Below the pieces are notes generated by a model. It was given only the letters and a program-made list of their open reading frames with translations, was not told the origin of the DNA and searched no databases. From assembly GCF_006345805.1 (NCBI RefSeq), contig NC_043003.1, positions 104,346,001-104,410,000 on the forward strand: 64,000 nucleotides of DNA, in the 5' to 3' direction. This DNA is from Octopus sinensis. Taxonomy: Eukaryota. Position numbers and translations under genes: made by a program. Shown in pieces: positions 40,995-54,224 of this stretch. The stretch's first letter is position 1. Each line of letters begins with the position of its first letter.

Positions 40995-41846
40995 CTTTTA
41001 ATTCATACTTCCAGAGATCCCTGACCTAGCAGTGCTATCGAGAAGCGCTACCCATTCGGGATAAGCAATGACAGGCATGGCTCGAGGAACATGGGGCTGA
41101 CCTGCCTGAGATGTGGTCAGAGCAATGAAACTGTTCTGCATGCACTCATACAGTGTCCAACCATTTGCAACCTGTGGGCCTGTGTCGAACAACTGCTATC
41201 GTGTCTGGGAGAAGTTAGTTTATCAACTAAATCTATCGTGAATATTGTCATGCCTATTTCCTTGAAACGGGAAGGAAGAGCCATCTTCATCGTAGTTGTG
41301 TCTATGGTGAAAGAATGTGTATGGTGGACGCATCTGAAAGGTCTAGAGACAAACACTTTCCTCTCTTATCAACTTCTCTTATCAACTTCTTCAAGTATCA
41401 CTTGAATAGGAAGGTGAGAGTAAAGAGGCAAGTTTTGTCTAGTGAATGTTTAAAAAAAAGATGGGTGAATGTAGCATGGATGGCACGTGTGAATGATGAA
41501 GCCACCTTGAGCCTAATCCTATGAACCCAAAAAAGAAGGGAGAAAAGAGAGTCACTTACTGTAATGCATTTTTTTGCATGACATTATTGCCTGAGGTTAC
41601 CGTGGTTTTTTCCGTAGGCTTTTCTTTCCATGGATAAACCTAATATGTTTCCTTTTTTTACACTATGACATTTCTGTGATATATGATCCCTATTGATCGG
41701 CCTTTTTAAAATTTTTTTTGTTAACGATCCCTTTTGATCGAATTTCTTCCTCCACCTTTTTCTTTTCCTTCTCTTCCCAAAAAGAAAAGCTCTACTTTGT
41801 ATTTTGTCCCCTCTGTTTTTAGCCCTGTGTGGCCAATAAAGAAACA
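40995..41846 (+). mobile_element. Tx1/L1-clade LINE 3' fragment
   Basis: ALPIRDK...CLRCGQSNETVLHALIQCP (CCHC zinc knuckle typical of L1/Tx1 ORF2), frameshifted C-terminus ending at 41524, pyrimidine-rich UTR ending AATAAAGAAA. Confidence 0.8.
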
Positions 41847-42214
41847 TAATTCATGCTTATATACACATTGTTCAGGCATAGCAGCTGATAGTTTTTACAT
41901 CATTTTACATATAGTCATGGACAGGCTATCCAATTTGCCCACAATCTGATTCAAATACATGATGTTAATAAGTCACAAAAATAGCAAAACATCAATGTCC
42001 ATCACCCCTAAATAGGACTTGGGAAGAGAAGGAAAAGAAAAAGGTGGAGGAAGAAATTCGATCAAAAGGGATCGTTAACAAAAAAAAATTAAAAAAAGGC
42101 CAATCAATAGGGATCACATATCACAGAAATGTTATAGTGTAAAAAGGGGAGACATATTAGGTTTATCCAGGGAAAGAAAAGCCTACGGAAAAGACCACGG
42201 TAACCTCGGGCAAT
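41586..42214. repeat. Inverted duplication of the Tx1/L1 3' UTR (195-bp arms, 238-bp spacer)
   Basis: 41586-41780 is the reverse complement of 42019-42214, with about a dozen differences. Confidence 0.92.
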
Positions 42215-42583
42215 TGTGTATGTGTTTGATAATATGCATAGATATGTGTGTGTGTGTGCTTACCATCTTTGTTTTCCGTCTTCTTTTCCATGCTGACATA
42301 AGGTAGATTAGTTTTTTGATGAGAACAAATTTTGTAGTCATCTCTCAGAATATGCAGGGACATGATGTACCTATTCTAGTACCAGGGTACCCATGGTATT
42401 ACATACAAACTTTAAAATTATATGTACAGGCCAATATTATAACTAAAAAAAATTTGGTAAAAATATTCCAAAAGTTTAGTTTGTAGAATGTATTCTTATA
42501 GAGAGTCATACTGATATTTGTGTGTACATGTTCAAGTGTCAAAGACATGTGAACATGTATGTATAAGTGCATATGCACCTAAT

Positions 42584-42852
42584 GTAGCAACCATGTCAGC
42601 ATCAATATTCTAGAGGACTAAACACTTTTTCTGCAGGTGCTTGATAACACTATGGTGCCAAATTTTGTCCATTTTCAAGAGAAGTTGCTACTAGTTACTT
42701 TTGAAATCCTCTTTGAACAGTCAGGTGTCAGTTTATCTGGAAAGAAACAATATAGTTATTAATAAGAAGAGCTAAAAATTAATGCATGCAGAATTTCACA
42801 CCTCTAGCATCACTCCTTCATAGTCAGCCTATGAACTTTTCAGCCTACCCTC
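42584..42852 (-). mobile_element. 5' fragment of the same mariner family as 1140-2053
   Basis: Aligns by eye with 1785-2053, including the TIR-like end and the transposase start. Confidence 0.8.
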
Positions 42853-43098
42853 ATATATACATATGTCTCTATTTAGTTCTATGGTTCAAATACACATACA
42901 TATGTCACTAGCCAGTTCATGTTGTCTAAATTCCAGTGAGGTTGCTTTGTTTCTTGATTGGTGGCCATATTTTTCTATATTAGGAAAATCTGAAGAATTT
43001 AATCAGTCATGCATGTGGGCTTTTTTTTTTTACTTTTGTTTAAATGTACATGTGTCATTAAGCTCATGGTATTTTATTTGATTTTATGTAACTTACAG

Positions 43099-43263
43099 AC
43101 CTCCTGAAGACAGCCAAGGTTGGATGGGCTATTTTGGTCAAGCCCTTAAAACTTCAGCCAATTACTTGCCTACCCAGGTATCAGAGATGTTTAACCAGGG
43201 TCGGTCATTTGCTACTGCCCGCTTGCCCACAACTGGTCTTAAAAATGTCTGTGCTTTAACAGT
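43099..43263 (+). CDS. WIPI2: WIPI2 coding exon with the blade-6 CD-loop amphipathic segment ([43 protein letters not shown]...)
   Basis: ttacag|A acceptor, GT|gtaagt donor, 165 nt. Matches human [41 protein letters not shown] (recalled). Not in the ORF track. Confidence 0.96.
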
Positions 43264-43488
43264 GTAAGTACATATTTTTTCCTTTATTTTACACTTTTCT
43301 CTCTGCAAGCAGACCCCTTACTGGAAAATGCATAGACTTTGCTTTAAATCTTATTTAGCAAAAAAAAAAAAAAATGTTTAACTGGGGCCACATAACAAAT
43401 TCTTTTCAAGCCAAAGCAGCAAACAACAGCTGAATTTCTAACTGTTCTGAAGCCAGCTGTCCACAGACATGAAACCAGATGAATACTT

Positions 43489-43720
43489 ATTTCTTTACTG
43501 CCCACAAGGGGCTAAACACAGAGGGGACAAACAAGGACAAACAAACGGATTTAGTCGATTACATCAACCCCAGTGCATAACTGGTACTTAATTTATCGAC
43601 CCCGAAAGGATGAAAGGCAAAGTCGACCTCGGCGGAATTTGAACTCAGAACGTAATGGTAGACGAAATATGGCTACACATTTCGCCCGGTGTGCTAACGT
43701 TTCTGCCAGTTCGCCACCTT
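43489..43720 (-). mobile_element. tRNA-derived SINE family B, full length
   Basis: Head GGCGAACTGGCAGAAACGTTAGC...GAGTTCAAATTCC, core GCCTTTCATCCTTTCGGGGTCGATAAA, tail ...GTGGGCAGTAAAGAAATA. Other copies near 3382-3610, 12194-12405, 25975-26150 and 63958-64000, plus older + strand copies. Confidence 0.88.
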
Positions 43721-44523
43721 CTGAATACCTTCTGTCTGTCACCATATCTTGAGTGTTTTGCTTCTCTTGGTATTGACACACTAAAATTTCGATGATTAGC
43801 AGCTGCCTTGTTAGAAGTCTACAAGAATCTACCAGCAAAAACTTTAGCCACCCTTTGGAATTCAGTATCTCTATCGTTCATGGTACCACATCAATGACTT
43901 TCAGAAATATTTGCACAACAGAATTCTTGAAATATGGTATGAACTTCCTACATCAGCTGTTAGCTCCCAAGACACTGCACCTGTCAAAATTTTATGCTTC
44001 CTAAATTTCAATGCTGCCCTGATATGTCTATGCACCCATTCCCCTTTAGGGTTCCTTTACTGTTCATTTTTCCCTCATGTTATATTCTGTGTGTTAACTT
44101 TCAATATTGTCTTTCTTTACTTGACTTGTGTATGCCCTCTGTCCCTACTTTTTTTTCCCAGTGATTTGAAATGTTCTGGAGCACTATATACAATAAGCTT
44201 ATCATTATTAATACTTCTAGCAGAAAGACTGCCCTCCAGGTGGTTTTCTGCTAGCCCCTTGATAATATTTTCACATTTGATTCCCTATTCTAATAATTTT
44301 TATGATGTTTTACGTCTAATTATTTCTTTGTATAATAGTACTCACTTGCTTAGTAAGTAATGCTTTCATTATTTTATCACAGTCATAATCTCTTTTTTAA
44401 ACAAATATCACAGTAGTCCAACAACAGAGGGAGAAGCTGTTTGTCAAGTTTTACCTTCCCCTCAAAGCAACATAGAAATTTCAATTCAGCAGCCCATCTG
44501 TAAGCTTTGCGGTGTATTCATGT

Positions 44524-44559
<36 letters not shown>

Positions 44560-45519
44560 ACATTGCAAACAATGAATGAAATAAACATGAAATGAAAAAT
44601 AAATCATATAAATAAAAAGGCATTACTACAGATGTATACGTCCCCGACTTTGTTGCCTCGTAACATCCAGAAAAATGGATACTTTTTAACAAAAGTTTCT
44701 ACAAATACCACTTAGAGTATATAGGGATTTATGGGAAAGAATTTTTCTGGAAGGGTGGAGAGTGGAGTTTCGGAAAATTCACATGATCTGACTTTTTCCC
44801 TCATAGCTTTCAGGAAAATGGGTATATTTTAATGAAAGTTTCTATTAACCCCTTTCAAATGGCATAGATTATGATTATAAAGAAATTTGTGGGGAAAATT
44901 TTTATGGGGATTTTTCCCATTTTTTTAAACCACAACCCTCAAAATGATGGGGTTGGTGGGTGGGCATCTTTGTATGAAAATAGTTTTGAAAATCCTTTTT
45001 TTTTTTACACCTCCCCCTCTGTCATCATCTCACTCTGGATCTATTTTGGCCTTTTTTTTTGTACTTCAAAATGATGGGAAGAGCATTTTTGGTGAAAAAA
45101 AAAAATTTTCAGAGGGGAAAAGTTAGTGATTTAAGGGTGATTTGGCTGTTGTTTCTAACACATCGAAAGAAAACCCTCTTTGTTTCATTATCACTCTCAC
45201 ATGTATTGATGTTTTTCAGTATTTTCCCCCCATAAATACATTTAACTATATATATAAAACAAAAGATGTCTGTGTGTGTAATGTGTATGCATTTCTCCAG
45301 TTTTCAACCGAATTTTACCAAACTTTACAAACGCATTAGTGGTCATGCACTATAATTTTTTGCTTAGAGCTCCTGCATAAAGTGAGAAATCAGGAACAAA
45401 GGTGTTTAAGAGGGGGTTTTTCTCTAAAAACTGCAGTTTTCAACTGATTCTCTCCCTTTTCTCATTCTGTTTCTCTTGCTTACATATATTCTTTGTTACC
45501 CTCTGTAATAGTTCCTCTC

Positions 45520-45785
45520 TTCAGCCAGTCTTCTTTCCTTCTCTCTCTTTCTTTCCTTCTTTCCTGTCTGCCTTCTTTTTTATTTCTTTCCTTCCTTTCT
45601 TTTTCTCCCTCCTCTTTCTTTCCTTCTTTCTTTTGTTCTTTCTTTCTCCCTCCCTCCCTCTTTCTTTCTCCCACTTTCTTTCATTCTTTCCCCCTCCTTC
45701 CTTTCTTTCTCCCTCTTTCTGTCTCCCTCCTTCCCTTCTTTCTTTCTTTCTTCCTTTCTTTCTTTCTTTCTTTTTGTCTGTCTGT
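45520..45785. repeat. Polypyrimidine low-complexity tract (TTTC/CCTT)
   Basis: Direct reading. Confidence 0.9.
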
Positions 45786-47305
45786 TCAACTAAGCATGGC
45801 CACAGTCAAATGACTGAAACAAGTAAAAAGGATGCCATTTTAATCCTGCTAGTTTGCTATAAAAAGGAAAATTTAAGAAATTCCATAAAATGTGTTTAAT
45901 GGGGAAAAAATATTGAGAAAAATATCATTTCACCATTACTTCTTTGAAAATAACTGGTGTGCCTGTGTGGTTGAGAAGCTTGCTTCCCAGGCCAACCAAT
46001 GCTTTGCAAATTGATTTGGTAGATGGAAACAGGATGAGGTCCTCTCTGCGTGCGCTTGTGCCTTTTTCTTGACATTACATGATGGATACAAACAAGCATA
46101 GCCTTTACACAAATGAAGTCATTTGTTTCCAGTGTTCTTTGAAATACATGTCTGGCCATTGAGAAATATTACCTTGCTTGGTAGCAAGTGAAGGTTGGCG
46201 AAAAGAAGAACATCCTGTCATAGAATATTTGTCTCAATGAGTTCCATCTGACTCCTGCAAGCAGGGAAAAGTCGACATTAAATGATGATGATGGTGGTGG
46301 TGACAGTAGCAATGACGTAATTGTCTAAATGTTAAGTTGGGATAATCTTAAGTGCTGAGTCTAAAAGCATTTTTTTAGATAATAGGGTACAACTACAAAC
46401 ACACTTATTGAAGTTATCTAAATTGATATGGGAACAGAACTTGCTAAGAAAATTTAGGAAAACAAATTCTTTAGAATTAGCCTCATAATATACACTGGTT
46501 TGAGTGAAAGTTTTTGAGGTAGACTGGTAGTTGCCTATACCCGGAAATTTCTCTTTTACATGCCACAAATGTTTATCCAAGGGAAAGGTTACCGACTTGG
46601 ACCCATACAAGTTAGCACCAGTGTCTCTGCAGGTGATGTCATCAGGATGCAAAGCACCAGAAAAGACACTACAAAGCATCTTGCCTGACCCTCTTACTGT
46701 TCCACCAATCAACAACACTTGATTGGTACTTTTTATTCACCCTGACAAAAATGAGCTAGGTGGGATTTAAACCCAGATCACAAAGAATTAGAACAAATTT
46801 CATGAGACATTCTACACAATGATCCAACAACTTGACAAATTCACCAGAGAAAGTGCAGAAAGGCTGTTGGTCTGCCTTGGTAAATTCCATCCAACTCATG
46901 TGAGCATAGAAAAGTGGATGTTAAAACAATGAATACTTAATATAAGGAATAATTAATTCCTTATGGCTCACTTCAAATCTTCAAGTAGATGTTAAAACCT
47001 GGAGTTGTTACCCTGTTGAATGAAGGTAATTAAAATAGATTTTACCCTTTATCATTCAACTTACTCTGTCAAATGTAATGCTTATTTATTCAAATTGTTT
47101 TCAATTAATCATGCATTATCTCATGGCTTTGAGATTTCATTGATGTGATTGTTTATTTTTAGAACAATATTGTTGGGCATCAGTAAGAAGCCAGATCTGA
47201 TTGGTTGGAACATAAAACAAGTAAAATATTTAGGCTGGATGTGGCCGGCTTAAATGCTTTAAATGGTTAAAATTAGGTTTTATCAGTTAATTTTGTTCTT
47301 TACAG

Positions 47306-47413
47306 AATCCAGAATGTTTTACATTTATTGGTAGCATCACAAGACGGTTACCTGTATGTCTTTAACATCGATCCCAAAGAAGGGGGAGAGTGCGTACTGC
47401 TGCGCCAACATAG
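47306..47413 (+). CDS. WIPI2: WIPI2 coding exon ([35 protein letters not shown])
   Basis: ttacag|A acceptor, AG|gtaagt donor, 108 nt. Blade-7 DGYLY and GGEC motifs. Confidence 0.96.
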
Positions 47414-47920
47414 GTAAGTATTTTGAATTACTATTGATATACAGGTGTATACTTTGAGAAGCTGTCTTCATACCATTTTAAGGAATGCCTCTTCTGTTTT
47501 TTGTTAGCAACATTGAACATAATTTGAGGTATTATTCAGAACATCTGTTATGAAAGAAAAAAAATTTTCTGTATTTAGATCCAAGCTCATTTAAAGTAAC
47601 TAACAGATATTCTGATATGACAAGATTTTTCTTTGAGTAAGCCAGATTGTTTAAAACCATATTGACTTCTCAAGATATATTTGAATCCAGGTTCATTTAA
47701 CCTTTTTGGTACCAACCCACCCGAGACTTTGTTTCTTTAGTACCAGCTTCCTGTTTAGAAATGATCAAGATTAAAACTTCCTGCCAAAAGTTTCATGCTA
47801 ATTTAGGTTCCAAATACCAGATGACTAATGACAAAGCTATGTTACTAAGTTTTCCATTATTTAAAAACATTAATTGAAATAAAAGTAATGTAGTTAAACA
47901 GAAATATAACACAAGGGTTA

Positions 47921-48327
47921 TATAGGCACAGGAGTGGCTGTGTGGTAAGTAGCTTGCTAACCAACCACATGGTTCAGGGTTCAGTCCCACTGCGTGGCAT
48001 CTTGGGCAAGTGTCTTCTGCTATAGCCTCGGGCCGACCAATGCCTTGTGAGTGGATTTGGTAGACGGAAACTGAAAGAAGCCTGTCGGATATATGTATAT
48101 ATATGTATGTGTGTGTATGTTTGTGTGTCTGTGTTTGTCCCCCTAGCATTACTTGATAACCGATGCTGGTGTGTTTATGTCTCCGTAACTTAGCAGTTCG
48201 GCAAAAAGAGACCGATAGAATAAGTACTGGGCTTACAAAGAATAAGTCCCGGGGTCGAGTTGCTCGATTAAAGGCGGTGCTCCAGCATGGCCGCAGTCAG
48301 ATGACTGAAACAAGTAAAAGAGAAAAA
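47921..48327 (+). mobile_element. tRNA-derived SINE family A, full length, 19-bp TSD
   Basis: TSD AAATATAACACAAGGGTTA at 47902-47920 and 48328-48346. A/B-box head, internal (TA/TG)n, tail CAGCATGGCCGCAGTC...GAAACAAGTAAAAGAG. Confidence 0.93.
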
Positions 48328-48389
48328 AAATATAACACAAGGGTTAAAGAAATCTAAATGGAAACCTTCCATCCGAATTTCCTGTTTAA

Positions 48390-48610
48390 CCCTTTAGTGT
48401 TCAGATTACTCTGTTAAATGTAATACTTTTTCACTCAAATTGTTTTGAATTAATCCTGGATCATCTTACAACTTACAGGTTTCAATGATGTGATTACTTA
48501 TTTTTAGAATGGCATTGTAGGTTAGGTGTGAGAGGCTAGACATCGCCAGTTTGAATATAAAACATGTAGAATATATTGGGCCGGATTTGGCCAGTTTAAA
48601 CACTAAAGGG
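48390..48610. mobile_element. piggyBac-type MITE (TTAA target site)
   Basis: TTAA|CCCTTTAGTGTT ... AACACTAAAGGG|TTAA. A related copy lies at 31939-32158 and a second TTAA-flanked family at 2247-2451. Confidence 0.8.
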
Positions 48611-50547
48611 TTAATGTCTGTTCCAAACACAGTCATTATTTCCAAAGTCAGTTGAAACAAAGACAATGTATTTCAACAGAAACACGGTAACAAAAGGGTT
48701 AATCCTTTTGATACTAACTCACCTGAGATTACCCTTCATTCCACGATACAAATTACCTGTTTTAAAGTGATTTAAATTAAAACCTCCCTTCAAAATTTCA
48801 TGCTATTGTATGTTCTAAACAATAGCTTAATAATGACAGTCATTTTACTTCATTCTTCATCAGTTGAAATTAAGGCAGTGTGTCTCACTCTGCCATCCTC
48901 AGTTGAAATTAAGGCAGACAGAATATGCTAACTAAAGAGTTACAGCAAGAAACTTATATAAAGATATTCTGATATGACAAAACAATGTTTAAAAATCTGT
49001 TGACTTCTCAAAGATGAGTTTAATAATTATTTCCCTTCCCATTCATTCATTCAGTTAATGAAGATTTGATATTTGACTTAAACCCAAGTAACTGTGGAAT
49101 TATTTCCTGACCAATAGAGTGAAATATCCTCTTGTTTCTTTTTGTTAATAGCTGCTTCACTTTAGAAAAATCAAAAAATTTTCTTAGGTCCTCCAAGTAA
49201 AGAATTGTGTACATATGAAACATTTTTAGCAAGGAATTTATATAGTCTATAGAAGTTGGGTGGTTTTGTGAACATAGCAGTACACACCTCCTTATGTACT
49301 GACACTTAACATCTCTTCTCTGACCCTTTCCTATTTTCCTTTACCTTCCCTCCAAAGATTCACCAGTGACCATGCCTCCATCCATGTTCACCATTCACTC
49401 ACAGCTTCCGCCAATCCTAATCTCTAACTGTATACCATATGCCTTTCACTCTCTCCCAAATTTACCCATCCACCCTTCCCGCTCCTCATTCCTTAATCTC
49501 TCTTATATTCACCTTGTACTTTGGAAACATGCTCTAAGACTAACCTTATCACCACCATCTTTTGACCCTTGCCACCTGAGGTAAGCATGCATCTTTTCTG
49601 TAGCAAGACACATATCCTGTCCCACTGTAATACTTTAGCCTCTCAACACCTGTTACAAAGTCACCTCCCTCAACTGCCTCTCAGTTGAAGGGGTTCGTCT
49701 TGAGAATTGCTTGGCAGCCTTACTAGTACTGGTATCAGTAAAAAAAGAACTACCCAGTGTACTCTGTAAAGTGGTTGGAGTTAGGAAGGCTCTCTAGCCA
49801 TAGAAACCATACCAAAACAGATATTGGCACCCAACAGATCCTCCAGCTCATTGGATCCTGTCAAATTGTCCAGCCCATGCCACTATGACAGGTGCTAAAT
49901 GTTGATGATGATAATGATGTTTAAAATGGGTACAGGTATTGCTGTGGGTTTAATCTCACTGTGTGGCATCTTTGGTACCTTATCCGCCAACTTTTCAACA
50001 GCAACTTTGGCTGTCTTTTTGGATTCAGTGTTGTTACCACTGATGGACATGTTTATACAGTCAAAAGGCAATGCAGTCTTTCTTGCGAAAAATCCCTGAA
50101 TTACGTTCAGTCACAGGGAATGAAGATCTTTGGTCTCATAGGTGTGGTAACACGGGATTAAGACACATGAAGCGATACCCTACTGCAGTCCATCCAACCC
50201 ATGTTAGAGTGAAAAAGCAGACACACAAATGAGGATGAGGAGGATAATGTTTCACTTATTTCAGTCATTAGGCTGTGGCCATGCTGGGGCACCATCTTGA
50301 AGAATTCTAACCAAACTAATCAACTCCAGTACTTAATTCTTCTTTTTTTTTGTTTAGCCTGATACTTAATCTATCAGTTTCTCTTATTGTCTTTAAAAAT
50401 AGAGGGATATAAATACATTCAGGGTATTGTAGTCTTGGATATAGAATATCTTAAACAAAGATGAGGTGGTCATCATTGGGATGTCTTTTGATCTTGGGTT
50501 TACTGAAATTGGGATTAATCACCAACAGCAACAAACATGCAGGGTTG

Positions 50548-50945
50548 CCTGCTCTTGACTTGACTTGAGACAGCATTCACCCGGGGTGGGTTGAACTGGC
50601 TTCATTCATCCTCAATGCTGCATCTCACAAATGCCGACCAGGCCTGGCGATTTGAGGCTAACGACCGCGTGATCTCCAACCACTCCTTATTCCAGCGGCG
50701 AACACCGTAGATATGGGGACCTAGGCTGGGTTCCAGATCAGCCTTGACTGTCATCAGCCAGGTTTTTCGTTGTCCACCACATTGCTTTCGCCAACCCTGA
50801 AGGGGAGCTGGTGCAGTTGCTTCGTAGATGAATTCTCCTGGTTGGTGACGGAGGGCATGACCCAGCCAACACAGACGTCTCGTTAGGATGGCTTGTCGGA
50901 GGGAGGTGATTCTGCACCTTGCTCTGCCTACAATCAAACACTTTT
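50548..50945 (-). mobile_element. Second RTE-like LINE family, 3' fragment
   Basis: RRLCWLGHALR...GGQRKTW...ASNRQAW C-terminus with a (CAAGT)n-like tail. Confidence 0.8.
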
Positions 50946-51233
50946 TATTAGAGTGTGCAATGTATTCCTCAATATGACAGAGGAATGAAATATTTGGTAT
51001 GCCTGTGTTGTGTCAAACATTCATTATTACCTATATTCTATTTCAGTGTCTCAGCAGGGCACATCAAAGGTTTATATCACAATTAACTACTGGCGTACTA
51101 AATTCGCAGTAAAATTTAGTCATTTGCTTCCTACTCTTCTTCTTTTCTTTTAATAGATTGATTATTTAAATTTTTAGCTTTTGCTCCATTTTTCAATATT
51201 ATTATCGATGATGATGATATGATTATGATAATA

Positions 51234-51509
51234 ATCATCATCATCATTTAACGTCCGCTTTCCATGCTAGCATGGGTTGGACGATTTTGACTGAGGGCTG
51301 GCGAACCAGACTCCAGTCTTGATCTGGCAGAGTTTCTACAGCTGGATGCTCTTCCTAACGCCACTACACTCTTGGAGTGGTTGGCGTTAGGAAGGGCATC
51401 CAGCTGTAGAAACTCTGCCAGATCAGACTGGGGTCTGGTTCGCCAGCCCTCAGTCAAATTGTCCAACCCATGCTAGCATGGAAAGCGGACATTAAACGAT
51501 GATGATGAT
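51234..51509. repeat. Fold-back palindrome of two RTE 3' tails (about 130-bp arms, 18-nt loop)
   Basis: 51234-51363 is the reverse complement of 51382-51509. Confidence 0.93.
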
Positions 51510-53116
51510 TATTGTTATTAAAGTGGCCAGCTATTAGAATGATGAGCACGGTGGGCAAAAGGCTTAGCAACATTTCATCTGTTTTCACATTCTGAGGTTG
51601 ACTTTACTGTTCATCCTTTTGGGGGTTGATAAAATAAGCCCCTGTTGAACACTGGGGTTAGTTAATGTAATCGACTTACTCCTTCTCTAAAAAATTTCTG
51701 GCCTTGTGCCAAAATTTGAAACCATTGTTGTTGTTGTTAGCATCAACATTGTCTTTTAACTCCCGACTTTGCTGGCAGGATTTGGATAGTTTAACAAGAT
51801 CCAACATTTCAGAGGACATCATCATGCTCCAATGTCTGTCTTGGCATAGTTTCTATGGGTGGATCCCCTTCCTAATGCAAACCACTTTACAGGATATACT
51901 GGGCGAATTTTTCATGGTACTAGCACTGGCGAGGACTCTGTGTAATTCAAAAGACAAAGATCCTTTTCAACTGGGTGGGACTAAAGGAGAGAAACGGGTG
52001 GCTTCAGGCAAGCAACAGCATTATTTCTATTTCTGGAATCTTACTGTTCTTCTTAACTTCTTTCAGAAGAACACCAGTCTCTTTCCCTTTGTTCTTCTTA
52101 TTGTATTTTCTGTCATACAAGTCAAAATTTACAGCAGGAAAAAGGTACCTGCAAAGAAAGCTCTCTGGCTGAATGGTTATTTGGAAGAAAGAACGTTTAC
52201 CTATGTGATGAGTATAGACTTAAAAAATTTATGTTTTCTTACTGAAAAATCTACATCAACTTAGATATGTCGACTTGTACATTGGGAAATACAAACATTT
52301 TCTTAACTCTTCACTTTGTCTTCTAACTTTTGCTTCCACTAAAATATTTCTACTCCTCCTTATATAAATATTTATCTAATAATAGCTGATATAAATTTTG
52401 GTTGGTTGACTGATTGATTTCTCCAGTCATGCTTTATATCATATAGGAAGAGGGGGAGAGAAATAATAAAAGAGAGATACAAAGAGAATTAATATAATAA
52501 CTGCAGATACAAAGAGAGTTAATACAATAATTGCAGAGATAGGTTTTTGATGAGGTAGATTGCAATTATGTTGATTAAATTTTGTAAAACAATATATATT
52601 TATTGCAAATATACAAATGAGAATTTTTTTAAATTTTATTTTATTTTATGGTATTTAATATTTTTCTAAAAAAAATTAGTCATTTCATCATTTTATATTA
52701 GCACCGAGAAATTTGATAAAAGTTAAATCATAATTATTGTATGTATGCAATATATCTTGATATCAACCGTGATGATAAATTTATACTTCCAAAGTTACCC
52801 ATAATATGTCGTGCACCAGACAAAATGCTTGGTAATATTTCTTTTGAATCTTTACATTCCAAGTTCAAATTGCACTGAGATCGACTTTGCCTTTCATCCT
52901 TTCAGGCTCATGAAATAAAGTATCTGTCAAATACTAGTCCTTTCCCCTCAAATTGCTGGCCTTGTGTCAAAATTTGGAATTATTAATATTATTATTATTA
53001 TTATTATTATTGAAAGAATGTTTCAGTTTCACTAGCTTTGTTTAGTAAATTCCCAACTGATTCAGACCAGCTGTGAGTATTTTTTAGTGATTCAAGTTTC
53101 TTTTCACTCTTTTATG

Positions 53117-53149
<33 letters not shown>

Positions 53150-54224
53150 TATCATCCTTATCATCTAATGTCTATATTCCATGCTGGCATGGGTTGGATG
53201 GTTTGACAGAATCTGGCTTGTTGCAGAACTATATCAAGCACCAGCGTCAGTTTTGATTTGGTCACATTATTGGCACTCGAGCCCCGTGCTAGTAGGGTAT
53301 TAAGAGCACCATCCGAGCGTGATCGTTGCCGGAGCGGCTATCTGGCCTCCGTGCCGATGGCACGTAAAAGGCACCATTCGAGCGTGATCGTTACCAGCAT
53401 CACCTTACTGGCACCTGTGCCGGTGGCATGTGTAAAAGAGTCGAGCAAGGTCATTGCCAGTGCCACCTGACTAGCCCCATGCTGGTGGCACGTAAAAGTA
53501 CCCACTACACTCTCAGAGTGGTTGGCATTAGGAAGGGCATCCAGCTGTAGAAACATTGTCAGATCAAGATTGAAGCCTGGTGCAGCCATCTGGTTTGCCA
53601 GCCCTCAGTCATACGTCCAACCCATGCTAGCATGGAAAGCGGACGTTAAACGATGATGATGATGGTTGGATGCTATTCCTAACACCAACCATGTTACAGA
53701 GTGCACTGAATATTTTTTCATGGCACCAACACTAGTGAGGTAGCTGAGTAACTGGCAAGACAAGAAAATAAAAGGAAAATCTCCTTTGACTCGGTATAAT
53801 TGCAAGAATGGGATGTGGCTTTATGCCAGGTGTTGACAGGCTAAAGCATGAGAGACAGACAGGCACAGATGTTTTGCTATAGAGGAGATGCATGACTACC
53901 CTGCACTACATAAGGGTTCGGGGGGTAACCGGGAAGATAAAGATGGTGGTGACAAGGTGCCAGAGCAATTTTCAATATACAGAAAGGTGAGTGATGTTTA
54001 TAATTATATTTTTTTAAATCCTGAAATAATTAAAATAAAACATTCAAAGAAAAAAATTTTTTTTTTCATAATTACCTTCAAATCTCTTCCGCATATTGAG
54101 ATGCTTTACTGGAATTGCCAAAAATTCAGTTATTGATAAAAATAAGGCAACAAGAATACAATATAATAAATATAAAATGCATTGTATCCCAAGAAAGAAT
54201 AAATCAGTTCTATATTTAAGAGAT

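Noticed and set aside
45402-45899. 165-aa hydrophobic ORF and lysine/glutamate-rich antisense ORFs
   Set aside because: Products of a polypyrimidine low-complexity tract.
51704-52264. 186-aa ORF
   Set aside because: Spans SINE and RTE-tail fragments, starts at a non-ATG codon and shows no recognisable domain.
53258-53560. CRISPR-like array from about 60-bp periodic units
   Set aside because: Eukaryotic context, degenerate LINE UTR subrepeats, no unique spacers and no cas genes.
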